64,000 bases of DNA, from positions 39,990,001-40,054,000 of the forward strand of contig OZ024746.1 of assembly GCA_964016885.1 (NCBI GenBank), read 5' to 3'. This document shows positions 13,440 through 26,739 of this stretch, piece after piece. Position 1 is the stretch's first letter, and each line of letters starts with the position of its first letter. Position numbers and translations under genes: made by a program. The stretch comes from Eledone cirrhosa. Taxonomy: Eukaryota. Under the pieces are notes generated by a model that worked only from the letters and a program-made list of their open reading frames with translations, did not search any database and was not told where the DNA came from.

Positions 13440-13762
13440 ATGCTTTGGGAGGGTCATGTTGCCAATAATTCAGAAACGAAATATATATATATATATATAT
13501 ATAGGGGGAAAATGAAACGAAATTTCCTTTCTCACTCTTAGTACGGCTGTTACTTAAATATAAGTATGTATACGTACATACATATATGTATACAGACGTA
13601 CAGTAGTATGTATATATATATATACATACATATATATATGTACGTATGGATTCACCGAACATTTATTATAATGCTCGGTGTGTTTGTAAACAAACATCCC
13701 GAATTAAGCCGTACAGTGTCTAGCAACCATCGTTGCTCATTTGTTCAACACTGACAAAGGAA

Positions 13763-13803
13763 CACTGTACTAGTTTCAAGCTTATTAGCTATCGTCAACA
13801 ACG
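13763..13803 (-). ncRNA. Hammerhead family 1 copy with C3->U (TTGACGA)
   Basis: Reverse complement of 14295-14335 except the first core base. Confidence 0.8.
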
Positions 13804-14294
13804 TATACCTTCCTGCCAGATGATTGAACGTCTGAAAGTATATACTTTCCTTATGCATGTTAACGGATGAGCAGCCTAATTTGCATATCGAGTGAGTTAA
13901 TCGGCCGGGCGCGCCGAAAACGATAAACGGAAAAAATGCAACGAAATTTCATTTCTCAATCTTAGTACGGCTGTTACTTAAATATAAGTATGTAAACGTA
14001 CATACATATATGTATACAGACGTACAGTCGTATGTATATATATATATATACATACATGCACACATATATACTGTACGTCTGTATAGATATATGTATGTAC
14101 GTATAAATACTTATATTTAAGTAACATCCGTACTAAGAGTGAGAAATGAAATTTCGTTTCATTTTTTCCGTTTATCGTTTTCGGCGCGCCCGGCCGATTA
14201 ACTCACTTGATATGCAAATTAGGCTGCTCAGCCGTTAATATGCATAAGGAAAGTATATACTTTCAGACGTTCAATCATCTGGAAGGAAGGTATA

Positions 14295-14335
14295 CGTTGC
14301 TGACGATAGCTAATAAGCTTGAAACTAGTACAGTG
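14295..14335 (+). ncRNA. Minimal type-I hammerhead ribozyme (family 1)
   Basis: CGTTG CTGACGA TAGCT aata AGCTT GAAA CTAG TA CAGTG; predicted cleavage after A14330. Confidence 0.9.
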
Positions 14336-14545
14336 TTCCTTTGTCAGTGTTGAACAAATGAGCAACGATGGTTGCTAGACACTGTACGGCTTAATTCGGG
14401 ATGTTTGTTTACAAACACACCGAGCATTATAATAAATGTTCGGTGAATCCATACGTACATATATATATGTGTGCATGTATGTATATATATATATATATAC
14501 ATACTACTGTACGTCTGTATACATATATGTATGTACGTATACATA

Positions 14546-14616
<71 letters not shown>

Positions 14617-14657
14617 GTTATTCCGGGTTGAATCGGAGGTAACCATCTATATTAAAA

Positions 14658-14699
<42 letters not shown>

Positions 14700-14709
14700 C
14701 ACACACACA

Positions 14710-14798
<89 letters not shown>

Positions 14799-14828
14799 GG
14801 AACAAAAGATGGTTAAAAGAGTTCCATG

Positions 14829-14899
14829 TATTTTATTATGCGCATTTCAAAAACAAATATCATCATATAATAATATTTGTGTTTTCATCAGATAAAATA
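14829..14899 (-). ncRNA. Minimal type-I hammerhead ribozyme (family 3 type)
   Basis: Inverted copy of 15700-15770. Confidence 0.85.
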
Positions 14900-15699
14900 G
14901 GAAGACATCATATGAAGGTTAAAAAACACTTGTGGATAGTGCAGTTTTAAATCAACATATGAAAAGTAGTTTTAGATTGATGTGTGATATTGGGGAAAAA
15001 AAATTGGGGGGGGGGGGGAGGATGAAAAAGAGGAGGAGATGAGAGTAAAAAGTGGAGAGGGAGGAGTATAATGAGGAAGGATGAGATAGGAGGAGAGATG
15101 GGTGATAGAGAGAGAGAGATAGCTTTTATAACTGAGAAAAATATATTGTTTTACATAGAGAGGTTGAAAAACCGTTGGAAGATAATGTAAAATTAAAAGA
15201 ATTTGAAAATTAACGAAGAGAAAAATAATGTAAAGTTAAGGTTTGTATATTGAAGGGTTTAATAATATGTGCGATGAAAAGAAAATGTTAATATGTATTA
15301 AGAATAATATTTAAGGGTTTAATAATATGTGCGATGGAAAGAAAATGTTAATATGTATTAAGAATAATATTTAAGGGTTTAATAATATGTGCGATGGAAA
15401 GAAAATGTTGATATGTATTATTAAAAAGAACAACAAGTAATGTAAGTAAGGATATATTGTGAGATGAGCATGAGTAAGTTAGATGAAAGGGAGAAAAAAA
15501 TAATGAATTGAGGATGAATAATCTAACGTCAAAAAATGTTTATGTTTACGAAGGATTTTTGCAAAGTAATATAAAATAAGAATGTATTGTATTGTGTAAT
15601 AATTGTTTCTATGTTAGGCAACAGTGAGAAAAGGTACATATGTTGATTTAAAACTGCACTATCCACAAGTGTTTTTTTAACCTTCATATGATGTCTTCC

Positions 15700-15770
15700 T
15701 ATTTTATCTGATGAAAACACAAATATTATTGCATGATGATATTTGTTTTTGAAATGCGCATAATAAAATA
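15700..15770 (+). ncRNA. Minimal type-I hammerhead ribozyme (family 3 type)
   Basis: TATTTTAT CTGATGA AAACACAAATATTA..TGATATTTGTTTTT GAAA TGCGCA TA ATAAAATA. Confidence 0.9.
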
Positions 15771-15896
15771 CATGGAACTCTTTTAACCATCTTTTGTTCT
15801 TATATATTATGTATACTCCAGTCCTACAAACTGTAGAGTGCTTCTTATCCGATATCTGCATTGCTTTATTGTACTACAATAAAACTCACCTCCTAC

Positions 15897-15969
<73 letters not shown>

Positions 15970-16133
15970 TAGAAACTTTCAGCGTATTTTTTTACTAAAG
16001 AAATTTTAGCCTGATAGTGGGGTTTAGAATCCTCTAAGAAATGGAAAAAGATGAGTATTGACGTAGTCAAAAATACGGCGAAAGCTTCTATTTCTAATTT
16101 CAAACTCGCTCGTTGTTTCAAAACAAACTTACT

Positions 16134-16297
<164 letters not shown>

Positions 16298-16778
16298 TTA
16301 CGTGTGTGTGTATTAATCAATGGTCAGTAATCAATACATTTAATGTATTTGTTCATACTATATATATATATATGTGTGATTGCGCGTGTGTGTGTATGTG
16401 AGTGTGTGATTGTGTGTTCAGTTGTCAATTTAAATTTGCCAACACTCACTCGGATAACATCCATTTGGATATCGTTATGAAACCATGGTATGTACACACA
16501 TATATATATAAAGAGAGAGAGAGAGTGAGAGTGAGAGAGAGAGAGAGAGAGAGAGTGAAAGAGAGAGAAGGAGGAAGAGAGAAGGAAGGGTAGAGGGTGA
16601 GAGAGATAAACATCAAATTTATTTTTAATAATTGTTCTAGAAGTTCGATTAATAGATTAAAATAATTAATGAGGTCGCTACGACCGCCTAAAACTTTTGA
16701 AGGCTGTGACCCTGCATGGCCGCAGTCCAATGAGTGAAAAAGGGTAATACACAAACTCACACACGTGCACATGCGTTC

Positions 16779-16824
<46 letters not shown>

Positions 16825-16956
16825 GCAAAAGTTTTATTTAAAATTGTTGGGGTACAACAAGTAAATATTTTATAACTGATATAAAGCACTCGACAAGTTT
16901 TGGGAGTAGATATACGATATTAAACAAATGGAAACTATATTTATAAAACCATATTT

Positions 16957-17019
16957 ATTTCATTATACATATTTCAGGGATACCATATTAAAATATGGCA
17001 TGCCTTCGTCAGATAAAAT
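16957..17019 (-). ncRNA. Minimal type-I hammerhead ribozyme (family 3)
   Basis: Inverted copy of 17187-17249. Confidence 0.85.
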
Positions 17020-17186
17020 ACAATATATAAACAGTTTTATAAATAATTTTGACGTACCCTATTATAAGCGACCATTATTTTTGGAAGCTGTCTGGATAGT
17101 GTCTGACTATCCAGACAGCTTCCAAAAATAATGGTCGCTTATAATAGGGTACGTCAAAATTATTTATAAAACTGTTTATATATTGT

Positions 17187-17249
17187 ATTTTATCTGACGA
17201 AGGCATGCCATATTTTAATATGGTATCCCTGAAATATGTATAATGAAAT
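17187..17249 (+). ncRNA. Minimal type-I hammerhead ribozyme (family 3)
   Basis: ATTTTAT CTGACGA AGGCATGCCATATT tt AATATGGTATCCCT GAAA TATGTA TA ATGAAAT. Confidence 0.88.
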
Positions 17250-17290
17250 AAATATGGTTTTATAAATATAGTTTCCATTTGTTTAATATC

Positions 17291-17343
<53 letters not shown>

Positions 17344-17394
17344 TATCATATAAGAAACGCAGAAGCAATGTTGCGACGAATAAAATTTATTAGA

Positions 17395-17583
17395 CATATT
17401 ACAATCGTTTCTCTGGCGATCAGCTTGATGTAATGATCGAACCTCATTCTGAAATCGCAAAGTTTGGAAACTCTGCTTCATAGAATCGAGACATATCTGA
17501 GGACCTTGCGATTCCAGAGTGAGGTTCGATCATTTCAGATTATCTCGAATGGATTGAACCACTAGCAATATTCGTCAGATACG
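17395..17583 (-). ncRNA. Candidate hammerhead with ~160-nt domain II (relative of 2981-3070)
   Basis: CGTAT CTGACGA ... GAAA CGATTG TA ATATG; internal 30-bp hairpin 17433-17462/17504-17533; base of stem II poorly paired. Confidence 0.5.
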
Positions 17584-18793
17584 ACATTACATTTATTATG
17601 AAAATGTCCAGTAATTTTTAATGAGCCTCACCTTCATGTAGTGTACGAAGGTCAAATCAATTGAGTAAAACCTAACCCCCTCGAAACTGGGATGGATCTC
17701 AGTCAGTTTTGACGATGAGTGTTTCAATTGCTTGATCAACAGAACGATCTACTCGTGAAATTTACATGGAAATAGCTGAACATTCAACGTAATTCTCTAG
17801 GCGATTCAGAATGACACTGAGTTACAAGGCTTGTCGTTTCACTTACAGCTACAACTTATTTTTGTCAGCTAAGTAAACTAGAGCAACGCGAAATAAAGTA
17901 TCTTGTTCAATCGAACTCCCAACTCGAAGATCCTGAACTGAACATTCTAATCCCTAAGCCATGCAGTTTCACTTATCAGATCAAGTAGTAAATGTTTTTT
18001 AACATAACCACAAGGCCAGAAATCTGGAGGACGAAGTCGATTGTATTGACCCAGTACATGAATGGTACTTATTTTATCAACACCGGAACGATGAAAATCA
18101 AAGTCGACTACAACGAGATTTGAAACGAGAGTTCGTAATAAATCAAAACTTTGTTTTAGAAAAATTATTTATGTTTGTTTCGCTAACAATAGTATTTCAA
18201 GCACCATACTGCTATGTTATACTGTATCTTGTCGTAAAATTGTATTTTAAGACCTATAGTGCCATGTTGGGTCAAGCTTCTGTCTGCCTTTGGTACCATG
18301 TCGAGTAGTCGGTGACTAAACCGGGTCTCCCCACCCACCAAACCTATGTGCTGTGAGGAGGTAAGTGGAACCCCAGCAGTACAAGAAACAAGAGCTATTA
18401 AAAAGACGGATGAACTCCTCAGAGTTAACGGTCATTCACACCAACTATGGGTTAAATAGCCTCAATAACCCGCAATTGGCTAAACGTGGTGAGTGCGGCT
18501 ACACCCTTGACATGACCAAAACCAAACAGAAAGCAGTAGAGGTCAGCCAGGGAGAGGTTCTTCCAACGAGAGTGAGAAGGTCCTGGATTGAATTGAATTG
18601 ACTACTATTTTATACTGTACCTTTATTTGTACGTCAAGAACCCGACTGCCATGTTATAAGCTACTATATCATATCATGGAATTCTTTAAATTAACTGTTC
18701 AAATAATTATATACCAAAGGGGGTCTCTTGAGAATTTAGTGATCAAACACACACACATACACACACACGCACGCACACACACACACACACTCA

Positions 18794-19630
18794 TACGAGG
18801 TGTGTCAGAAAAGTTCCAGGACTGATGTCACAAAAGATTTATTTCAAACCCAAACTTCACACTAAGAGTTTTCTCCTTCAAAGTAATCCCCCTTGAGTAT
18901 AATGCACTTTTCCATCCTTTTCTTCCACGCTTGCATGCACTCCTGGAAGGATTCTTCCGGGATCCTCCGCAGTTCCGTCTTCACGGCCATTTTGATGTCG
19001 TCCAGGTCTTCAAAACGGGTCCCCTCCGGGTCGTACTCGAAGATCCATGACTCATCACCGGTGATAACTGTCCCTAGCAAGTCTGGTTCGTTTTCAAGAT
19101 GCTCGAGGATGTCCTGGCACACTTGCATGGGTCGACCGTTCTGGTCATCTTCGCGCAGACTTTCCGCATGTCCAAATCTTTAGTGAGAATCTTCCAGACG
19201 CTGTCCCGATTCATGCCCAGCTCATTTGCCATCAGTCGAACAGTCAGCCGACGATCGCTACACACCATCTGCCTGACGCACTCAACGTTGACCTCAGTCC
19301 TGGTTGTTGAGGGCCTTCCACTCCAGGGGTTATCTTGCAACACTCAAAAACACGTGGGCGAGCAATCCCAGTGCTTCTGACGGAGTTTTCCCCAACCGTA
19401 CCAGAAACTTCAAGTTTGTTCGTTGCTCTGTGCTCATTGCTTGACGACCTGAAACAGAGGACATGTATATAAAATTATGAAGAAAAAAGTTTGATCGCTG
19501 CAGAGAGCTAAGATCACAGTTACATACTCCATGGGGATTACTTTGAAGGAGAAAACTCTTAGTGTGAAGTTTGGGTTTGAAATAAATCTTTTGTGACATC
19601 AGTCCTGGAACTTTTCTGACACACCTCGTA
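18794..19630 (-). mobile_element. Non-autonomous mariner (Tc1/mariner) derivative, TA-flanked, ~96-bp TIRs
   Basis: TA-CGAGGTGTGTCAGAAAAGTTCCAGGACT ends; transposase remnants SGRPSTT, MRKVCAKM, ITGDESWIFEYDPE, GDYFEG; internal deletions. Confidence 0.92.
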
Positions 19631-19888
19631 TATATGCATACACACACACGCGCACACACGCATGCACACATACACATACACATACACATACACATACAAA
19701 TACATACATACACACATACACATACACACATACACATATACACAAACACTCACATACATGCACATATAATATAAATATATATCCATGTGTGTTTGTGTAT
19801 ATATACATACTGGTGAAGATGTGTGTATACATTTTATATGTATATATGTATGTGTGTATACGAGCATATTTATTTATATATCCGCACG

Positions 19889-19943
<55 letters not shown>

Positions 19944-20588
19944 TTATGTGTATGTTATGTTTGTGTGTGTTCTGAGAATCACTAAATTTCCCCTAATTCT
20001 GACCCTAACTTCAATTACTCTTAGATGCCTGCTGCTTGCTGGTGCGGTGGAACGGAAGTACTATGAAATAAGTTAACCTTAAATATCAAATGAACAATTA
20101 ATGTTGTCCTTCCTAACGAGACTTTTTAGGGATCAAGAATTTCTTTCATCGTTTGGAATTTCTAACTGGAATAAATACATTGTTTCGCAAACATAAACCA
20201 AGTTATGCCATTATAACGTCAACTGACAATTATTTCCTCGGTGGAGCGTCGGATAACATGCTTTATGGCATAGAGTTGTGAACCTTTACGATCTGATTTC
20301 AAATCCTGCCGAGGTTAACTTTGCCTTTCGTTCTTACGAAGTCGATAAAATAAAGTACCAGTAATAAACTGCGGTCGATTTAGTGGACTTTCCCATATAT
20401 ATATAGAAATTTATCGATATATATATATAAATAAATATACACGGGTGTGTATGATTGTGTATAGAAGATTATATTAATAAAAGGAATTCCAACTTTGTCT
20501 GATTTACTCGTTTTATTTACAATCCTTTAAAATTATAATGGTATTAGAATGAAATAGTATGGTAGAATATTAAATGTTAAGTGTTAAT

Positions 20589-20627
20589 TGAACAAGTACT
20601 TTCATGCTTTCGCAATCTTCAGGTTCA
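20589..20627 (-). ncRNA. Minimal type-I hammerhead ribozyme
   Basis: TGAAC CTGAAGA TTGC gaaa GCAT GAAA GTAC TT GTTCA; TA-flanked insert about 20400-20652. Confidence 0.85.
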
Positions 20628-20650
20628 TATTGTGCTGACAGTCAAGTTTG

Positions 20651-20715
<65 letters not shown>

Positions 20716-20718
20716 TAA

Positions 20719-20769
20719 AGTTTAAGCAAAGAAACGGTGCTTTCACCCTTAACGGGATCTTCTGAAACT
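20719..20769 (-). ncRNA. Hammerhead-like fold with core variant CAGAAGA
   Basis: AGTTT CAGAAGA TCCC gttaa GGGT GAAA GCA ccgtttctt TGC TT AAACT; partly deleted copy at 23371-23413 (+). Confidence 0.65.
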
Positions 20770-20770
20770 C

Positions 20771-20867
<97 letters not shown>

Positions 20868-20902
20868 GAGAGTAAAACAAAGAATCCTTTAATACATCAA
20901 AA

Positions 20903-20959
20903 GTTTTTATTAGCCGACAATGTTTCGTCCTATTAAGGACTCATCAGGGCAATCAAAAC
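20903..20959 (-). ncRNA. Minimal type-I hammerhead ribozyme
   Basis: Inverted copy of 21671-21727. Confidence 0.9.
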
Positions 20960-21294
20960 AACAAGAGGTAATATCGGCAGATACAAGCCAGAAACTCTGA
21001 AGAATATGGAGTGTACATACACTAATGTCTTACAAAGATATACGATAATAAAAATGAAAATAAAGATAAAAATAATAAAAATATATAATAAGAATAACTA
21101 AGGATGTAGATAACATTAAGAACCATATTACAAATATAGTCCAAAGCAACCAACCTAAATCTAAACAAATTTGTTTATATAGAGCAGGAATTATATATAA
21201 CACAATATAATACATTATAATAATAATATACTTTTACCAACATTAAAATTCCAAATTAACAATCAAAAGCTACAATATATACATGTATATATGT

Positions 21295-21333
<39 letters not shown>

Positions 21334-21670
21334 ACAACACACATATCTATGTTCGACCACTCAGAAATTAAGCCCTATTAGAAGTTTGAATATTAAAAAT
21401 AAGCATGGTAATAGTACCAGTAATAAACTGTGTTATATATAATTCCTGCTCTATATAACCAAATTTGTTTAGATTTAGGTTGGTTGCTTTGGACTATATT
21501 TGTAATATGGTTCTTAATGTTATCTACATCCTTAGTTATTCTTATATATTTTTATTATTTTTATCTTTATTTTCATTTTTATTATCGTATATCTTTGTAA
21601 GACATTAGTGTATGTACACTCCATATTCTTCAGAGTTTCTGGCTTGTATCTGCCGATATTACCTCTTGTT

Positions 21671-21727
21671 GTTTTGATTGCCCTGATGAGTCCTTAATAG
21701 GACGAAACATTGTCGGCTAATAAAAAC
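21671..21727 (+). ncRNA. Minimal type-I hammerhead ribozyme
   Basis: GTTTTGATTGCC CTGATGA GTCC ttaata GGAC GAAA CATTG TC GGCTAATAAAAAC; predicted cleavage after C21714. Confidence 0.92.
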
Positions 21728-21864
21728 TTTTGATGTATTAAAGGATTCTTTGTTTTACTCTCTTAATTTTTTGGCTCTGTTTAACTGCATTGAGCTATAC
21801 CTTTTACTGTCATTTCTATAATACGAAGAGGGTGTTTGACTCAAACACGCTCCAGTATTCTAAT

Positions 21865-21915
<51 letters not shown>

Positions 21916-22486
21916 CATATATATATACATATATATATATACAAATACGGACCCCGTCTAAACACTTCTCCCTAAGACGAACCCACAACATACACACGTC
22001 AACATACATACCTACATCAGCACACATCTCTACCCACATATAAACACAATGACATACGTAAACACACATGTTCTATGGTGCAACACAAAAAAATATGTAT
22101 ATATGTATATATATATATATATAGTGAATATATGTATATATATATATATAGTGAATATCATTTCACACCTTTTATTGTTAAGGTTTTTGATGTTCTGTTG
22201 AGAGAATCGATTTTACTGAAAATATCGAATAATGTACACCATTTTACCAGGAAAAAAATACTGGTCCACCCACACACACACATTCTTACACACACACACA
22301 CATATATACAGACACACATACACACGCGTACATTAACATACAAAGAGACTTATACACACACACACACACACACACTTCTCCGTATAAGACAAGAGCTGAA
22401 AAATATCTTTTAACATGTTAAAATATCCCTCCCTCCCTTACAGACACATTCCTACTGACCATCCCTCTACCACGAATTACTCTGCT

Positions 22487-22586
<100 letters not shown>

Positions 22587-22932
22587 GTCTTAATAGGCAT
22601 TTGAACTGTCAACAGGCTGCGGTTCGCACACACATCCCTGCTAACCATTATCACAACAACGAACACTTTACTACTACTACTACACACACACACACACACA
22701 CATATTTGTTGTGAAAGAGTCATTTCTCAGTCTTGGCGCAAAATCAATTTGTTTACATTCACATGACCTCTACCGACCAAATTTGTTTTGACCACAAGAA
22801 TTTTTGCAACACTAATTGGCGCAAAAAATAATTTTAATAGCGCTGGAGCCATTTTTTAAACATAAAAACAGGTAGAATTCCCAAAACTAATCAGATCAGA
22901 GCAAACATCACGGACGCTCTATCTCAAAATTA

Positions 22933-22969
22933 TTTTTGAAAAGCATTTAGAAATGCGCAACCGGTAAAA
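22933..22969 (+). ncRNA. Degenerate hammerhead-like fold, TTGAAAA core
   Basis: TTT TTGAAAA GCATTT ag AAATGC GCAA CCGG TA AAA; same core and stem III as 6394-6431. Confidence 0.45.
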
Positions 22970-23077
22970 CTTAAAACCAAAACTGAATACTAACCAATAC
23001 AATTACTAATTCAAATTTATTCCTAATTAAACTATTTTTCACTGTGAACAATTTGTCAGCATTTTCTATTCCGTTTA

Positions 23078-23147
<70 letters not shown>

Positions 23148-23454
23148 GAAACGAGACGTCCGTCTGGGAAGAGATATATTAGATATGTCTCATTTGAAAT
23201 AATACAGCCAATTTTCCACGCAATACTTTTAGTTAGCACCCCGAACACATAATTGGGAATAATCACTTATTTCCTAATGTTTGTTGAGTGAGTTGGAATT
23301 TGGCCGGAGTATCGCTAAAAAGCTTTCTCCGATATTGTATTTATTTATTTATTTATATATATATATATATAGTTTCAGAAGATCCCGTTAAGCAGCGATT
23401 CTTTGCTTAAACTTGAATCTGTTATTTTAATAAATATATATATATATATATCAG

Positions 23455-24600
23455 AACTGCTGCACGGCATTCAACTTGACCTGCTTGATGGAAATATTTG
23501 GTTGATGGTATACATCCTAGGAAGCTAGCTTGTGGAGGACCTCAGTCTTCTTCAAGCTGATTTCTATGCCAAAGAAGCCAGAGACATTTGCAAAGCATGA
23601 AATGAGGCGCTGCATGGCTCTTTCAGTGTGTGCATCAATTTCTGCTATCTTGGCAGTGTCATTTTCACCGAAACCAGGATCTACAAAGAATTGGACGACA
23701 GACTAGCCAAAGCCAGCAGTGCCTTTAGGAGAGTTAACATGAGGGTGTGAAGAAATAACTGTTTCTACTTTAGGCACAAGGCCAGCAATTACCCAGCACA
23801 TTACTGGTACTTTATTTTATCGACCCCGTAAGGATGAAAGGCAAAGTTAACCTCGGTGGGATTTGAACTCAGATCATAAAGGGACGTAACTCTATGCTAG
23901 AAAGCATGGCGTCCAACCCTCTACCGATACTGCCAATCAATCACCCTAGGGTGTGAAGAAATAACAACCTCAAAACAGAATCAAAGCTCAGCGTTTACAG
24001 AACCGTAGTCCTTACCCTTCTGATATATGGCTTTGTGACATGGGTCTTGTATCGCTGTCACACGCGCCTCCTGGAGAGATTCCACTAATGCTGTATACCC
24101 ACCATATTAAGCATCCACTGGAAACACTATGTCACTAACACAATGGTCCTCGAGAAAGTCAAGACCACTTTTATGAAGACACAGCTGCGTTGGGCGGGAC
24201 ATGTCTCCAGAATGGCAGTCCATCACCTGCCAAAGATCGTACTCTACGGAGTATTATCTTCTGGCTGTCGAAACAGCGGCGCGTCTAAGAGGCAGTACAA
24301 AGACATTCTAAAAAAGACCCTGAAAGTATGTATGGACCACTCAGGCTGCAGACCGCTATGCTTGACGTCGAACCATCCGACTGGCTACCAGCACATTTGA
24401 GGCAATGTATTAGCCAGGAGGAAAGGATACCTCGGCGGAAGGGTTTTGTTAGGACGGAGCGAAGCACAACACAGACATTTTCCACTGGTCGCTGTTGGCG
24501 GATCTGTCGATCTCGAATCATGCAACTCAGTCACCAGCGTGCATTTATGCAGAGAGGGCAAAATAGACCCGACCTTTGGGTATCTTCGTATCGAAGTCAT
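23455..24600 (+). mobile_element. Degraded RTE (BovB-like) LINE 3' part with an inverted 5' segment
   Basis: QLRWAGHVSRMAVHHLPKIVLYG; segment about 23455-23635 reads GIEISLKKTEVLH on the minus strand. Confidence 0.8.
23760..23947 (-). mobile_element. Full tRNA-SINE (MetaSINE-like) inserted in the RTE with an 18-bp TSD
   Basis: AGGGTGTGAAGAAATAAC at 23742-23759 and 23948-23965. Confidence 0.88.
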
Positions 24601-26069
24601 CGCTATCATATATATATATATTGTCCACCCACGCAAATCTTTTGAGTCGTTCAAGACAAAATCTCTTCTAAAACTTTCTCGTGCTAGTAAACTAAGTAAC
24701 ATTAACAATAATAAGTAAAACATATTTGTCTATGATTTGATTTTTTTTCCCTAAAGAAAGAGAAAAATTCCCATCAAATATATAAAGCAAAAACATATTT
24801 TCTTGTTGATGATGTTACAGTAAATAGAATACTTTGTGTTCTTGTCAACGGTTTGTGATTCTATCTTGCCGATTCGCCGCTCTGTTGAGAAATTCTAGTG
24901 CACTTTGCTGACATAAGATGAGATCGCCTGACATAGATGACTGTCTCAAACTAACAGGCTGTCAATGAACGATATACTATGACGACACAGCAACTCAAGT
25001 GTATATAAACCTCAACAGTGAAGAGCTTCCTTGTTTTTTTTTCTCCCCTACCATCTTCAAAAATTTAAAAAAAAATAACTTTCTATATGAAGGAAGAAAA
25101 TAGACTCTTATACAAACTGTTGTTGTCAAGTGTGGGAAACAGAAATATAAATAATAACCTGCCACTGTCTGATTTAATTCTTTTATAAGTGTTCGTTTAA
25201 TATTTATATTTAGTAGAATATGTGTTTTGTATGTATGTGCTTATGTGAATATGTATACATGTGAATATATCTCGAAAAAAATGGTTTTGTATACGCTTTT
25301 CTTCTATATTTTAGACGCCAAAGCTATAGAAGTTTGTGAAATTAATTATTCTGGTTATGATAAAAAGAAAATATAGTCTATTGTATCATATTCCGCTTCA
25401 CGATGAGTGTTAGGTTTTACTAAATATACTTAATACACTTCGTATCTAGAGCAACGAAAACTGGGAAGTTACACCATTTCTATATGATTTAGCATACAAG
25501 TGTTGTTATTGTCGTTGTTGTTACTGTTGTTGTTGTTGTGTAATTTCAAGTTATCTTTAATCGAGTACACCTATGTTCAAAGACATTCCAGTCCTGACCA
25601 TCTAACTCTTTTTTATTTAAGACTTCAATGTCCAGCGTATACTATCTGGGTTTTCCTTTCTTTTAAGATAGCAAGGTATGATTTGAACGAAATTAGGTAG
25701 CTATTTTTGTAATGCGAGCTATCGCGTAGAAGCTCTCTAATTGGCTTGCTCAAGTAAGTGTATGTATGCATGTATGTATGTATGTATGTATGTATGTATG
25801 TATGTATGTATTATGTATGTAAATATGCATGTATGCAAGTATGTATGTATGCGTGTATGTATATATGTGTTATATTTAGATCGAGTCAAGGGTTGGGAAA
25901 TATGGATGATGTCTGAGGTAGGGTTTATGGAGGATGTTCTAGTTCTAATATAGACATTCAGTTCATAATTGGCTGTGTCTTTATAAATGTATTTTTTACG
26001 AGTTTGGAATTCGATGGTCTTAACCACTAGATGACTTGTTTATTGTTTTCTGTGTGTATTATTTACGTA

Positions 26070-26235
26070 TAGGGCGATGGATTGGCAGTATAGGTAGAGG
26101 GACAGATGCCATGCTTTGCAGCATCGAGTTACGCCCCTTTGCGGTCTGAGTTCAAATCCTGCCGAGGTTAACTTTGCCTTTCATCCTTACGTGGTCGATA
26201 AAATAAAGTACCAGTAATGCACTGGGACAATTGCA
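26070..26235 (+). mobile_element. tRNA-SINE (MetaSINE-like)
   Basis: GGATTGGCAG..GAGTTCAAATCC..GCCTTTCATCCTTAC..GATAAAATAAAGTACCAG. Confidence 0.8.
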
Positions 26236-26739
26236 GGAAGAAATTTGCTGTATTCAGACCTGGAGGGGATTGGGCTCTGCCAGGTCTAAAACTGCCCTAG
26301 AAACGCCGTTTGCCAATGCGGCGCAGCTACGACTCCCTCTGGACTTACGGGATTACACCATGCCAATTCTCCTCTGAACTAACAAGATACATACTCTCCG
26401 ATTCTCTCTTGACTCAATAGATGCATCCCTTTTCTTTCCTCCTTTCCTCGTCCTGATTGTGCCTCATCTTGCTCCTCAAATCCTATAATAACAATTCTCT
26501 GCAAAACTGCAATCCTCTAGCTTTCTCTACATACCCACAATTTTTCTGCAGACTCACTAATGTTGAATCTGGACAACAACAACATCGATTCCTAAGAGCC
26601 TAGAATAGCCTGCCAAGGTTACTGCCATTGCTTCTCCATTTCTGATTTACTAATACATAGAAAATCATATCATATGGTAAAATTATAACCTTTTTTTTTT
26701 ATTTCAGACTACACAGGTGCCATTACATTTGAAAGTTTA

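Larger units (their letters stand above)
13500..14550. mobile_element. HHR-bearing family 1 element: partial tandem of a ~425-nt monomer plus an inverted tandem arm
   Basis: AAAATG(A/C)AACGAAATTT recurs at about 13509 and 13934; inversion point about 14070; (TA)n flanks. Confidence 0.8.
14790..15810. mobile_element. Penelope-like element fragment with ~170-bp inverted pLTR-like arms
   Basis: 14790-14962 is inverted relative to 15637-15810, each arm with an HHR; internal ~50-bp tandem triplication at about 15250-15420. Confidence 0.75.
16911..17295. repeat. ~190-bp-arm palindrome (5-nt loop at 17101-17105) with an HHR on each arm
   Basis: Near-identical ORF translations on both strands in the track; homologous to 11600-11780. 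Confidence 0.9.
20862..21868. mobile_element. Penelope-like element fragment with ~340-bp inverted pLTR-like arms
   Basis: 20862-21203 is inverted relative to 21429-21768; HHR in each arm; (TA)n flanks. Confidence 0.8.
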
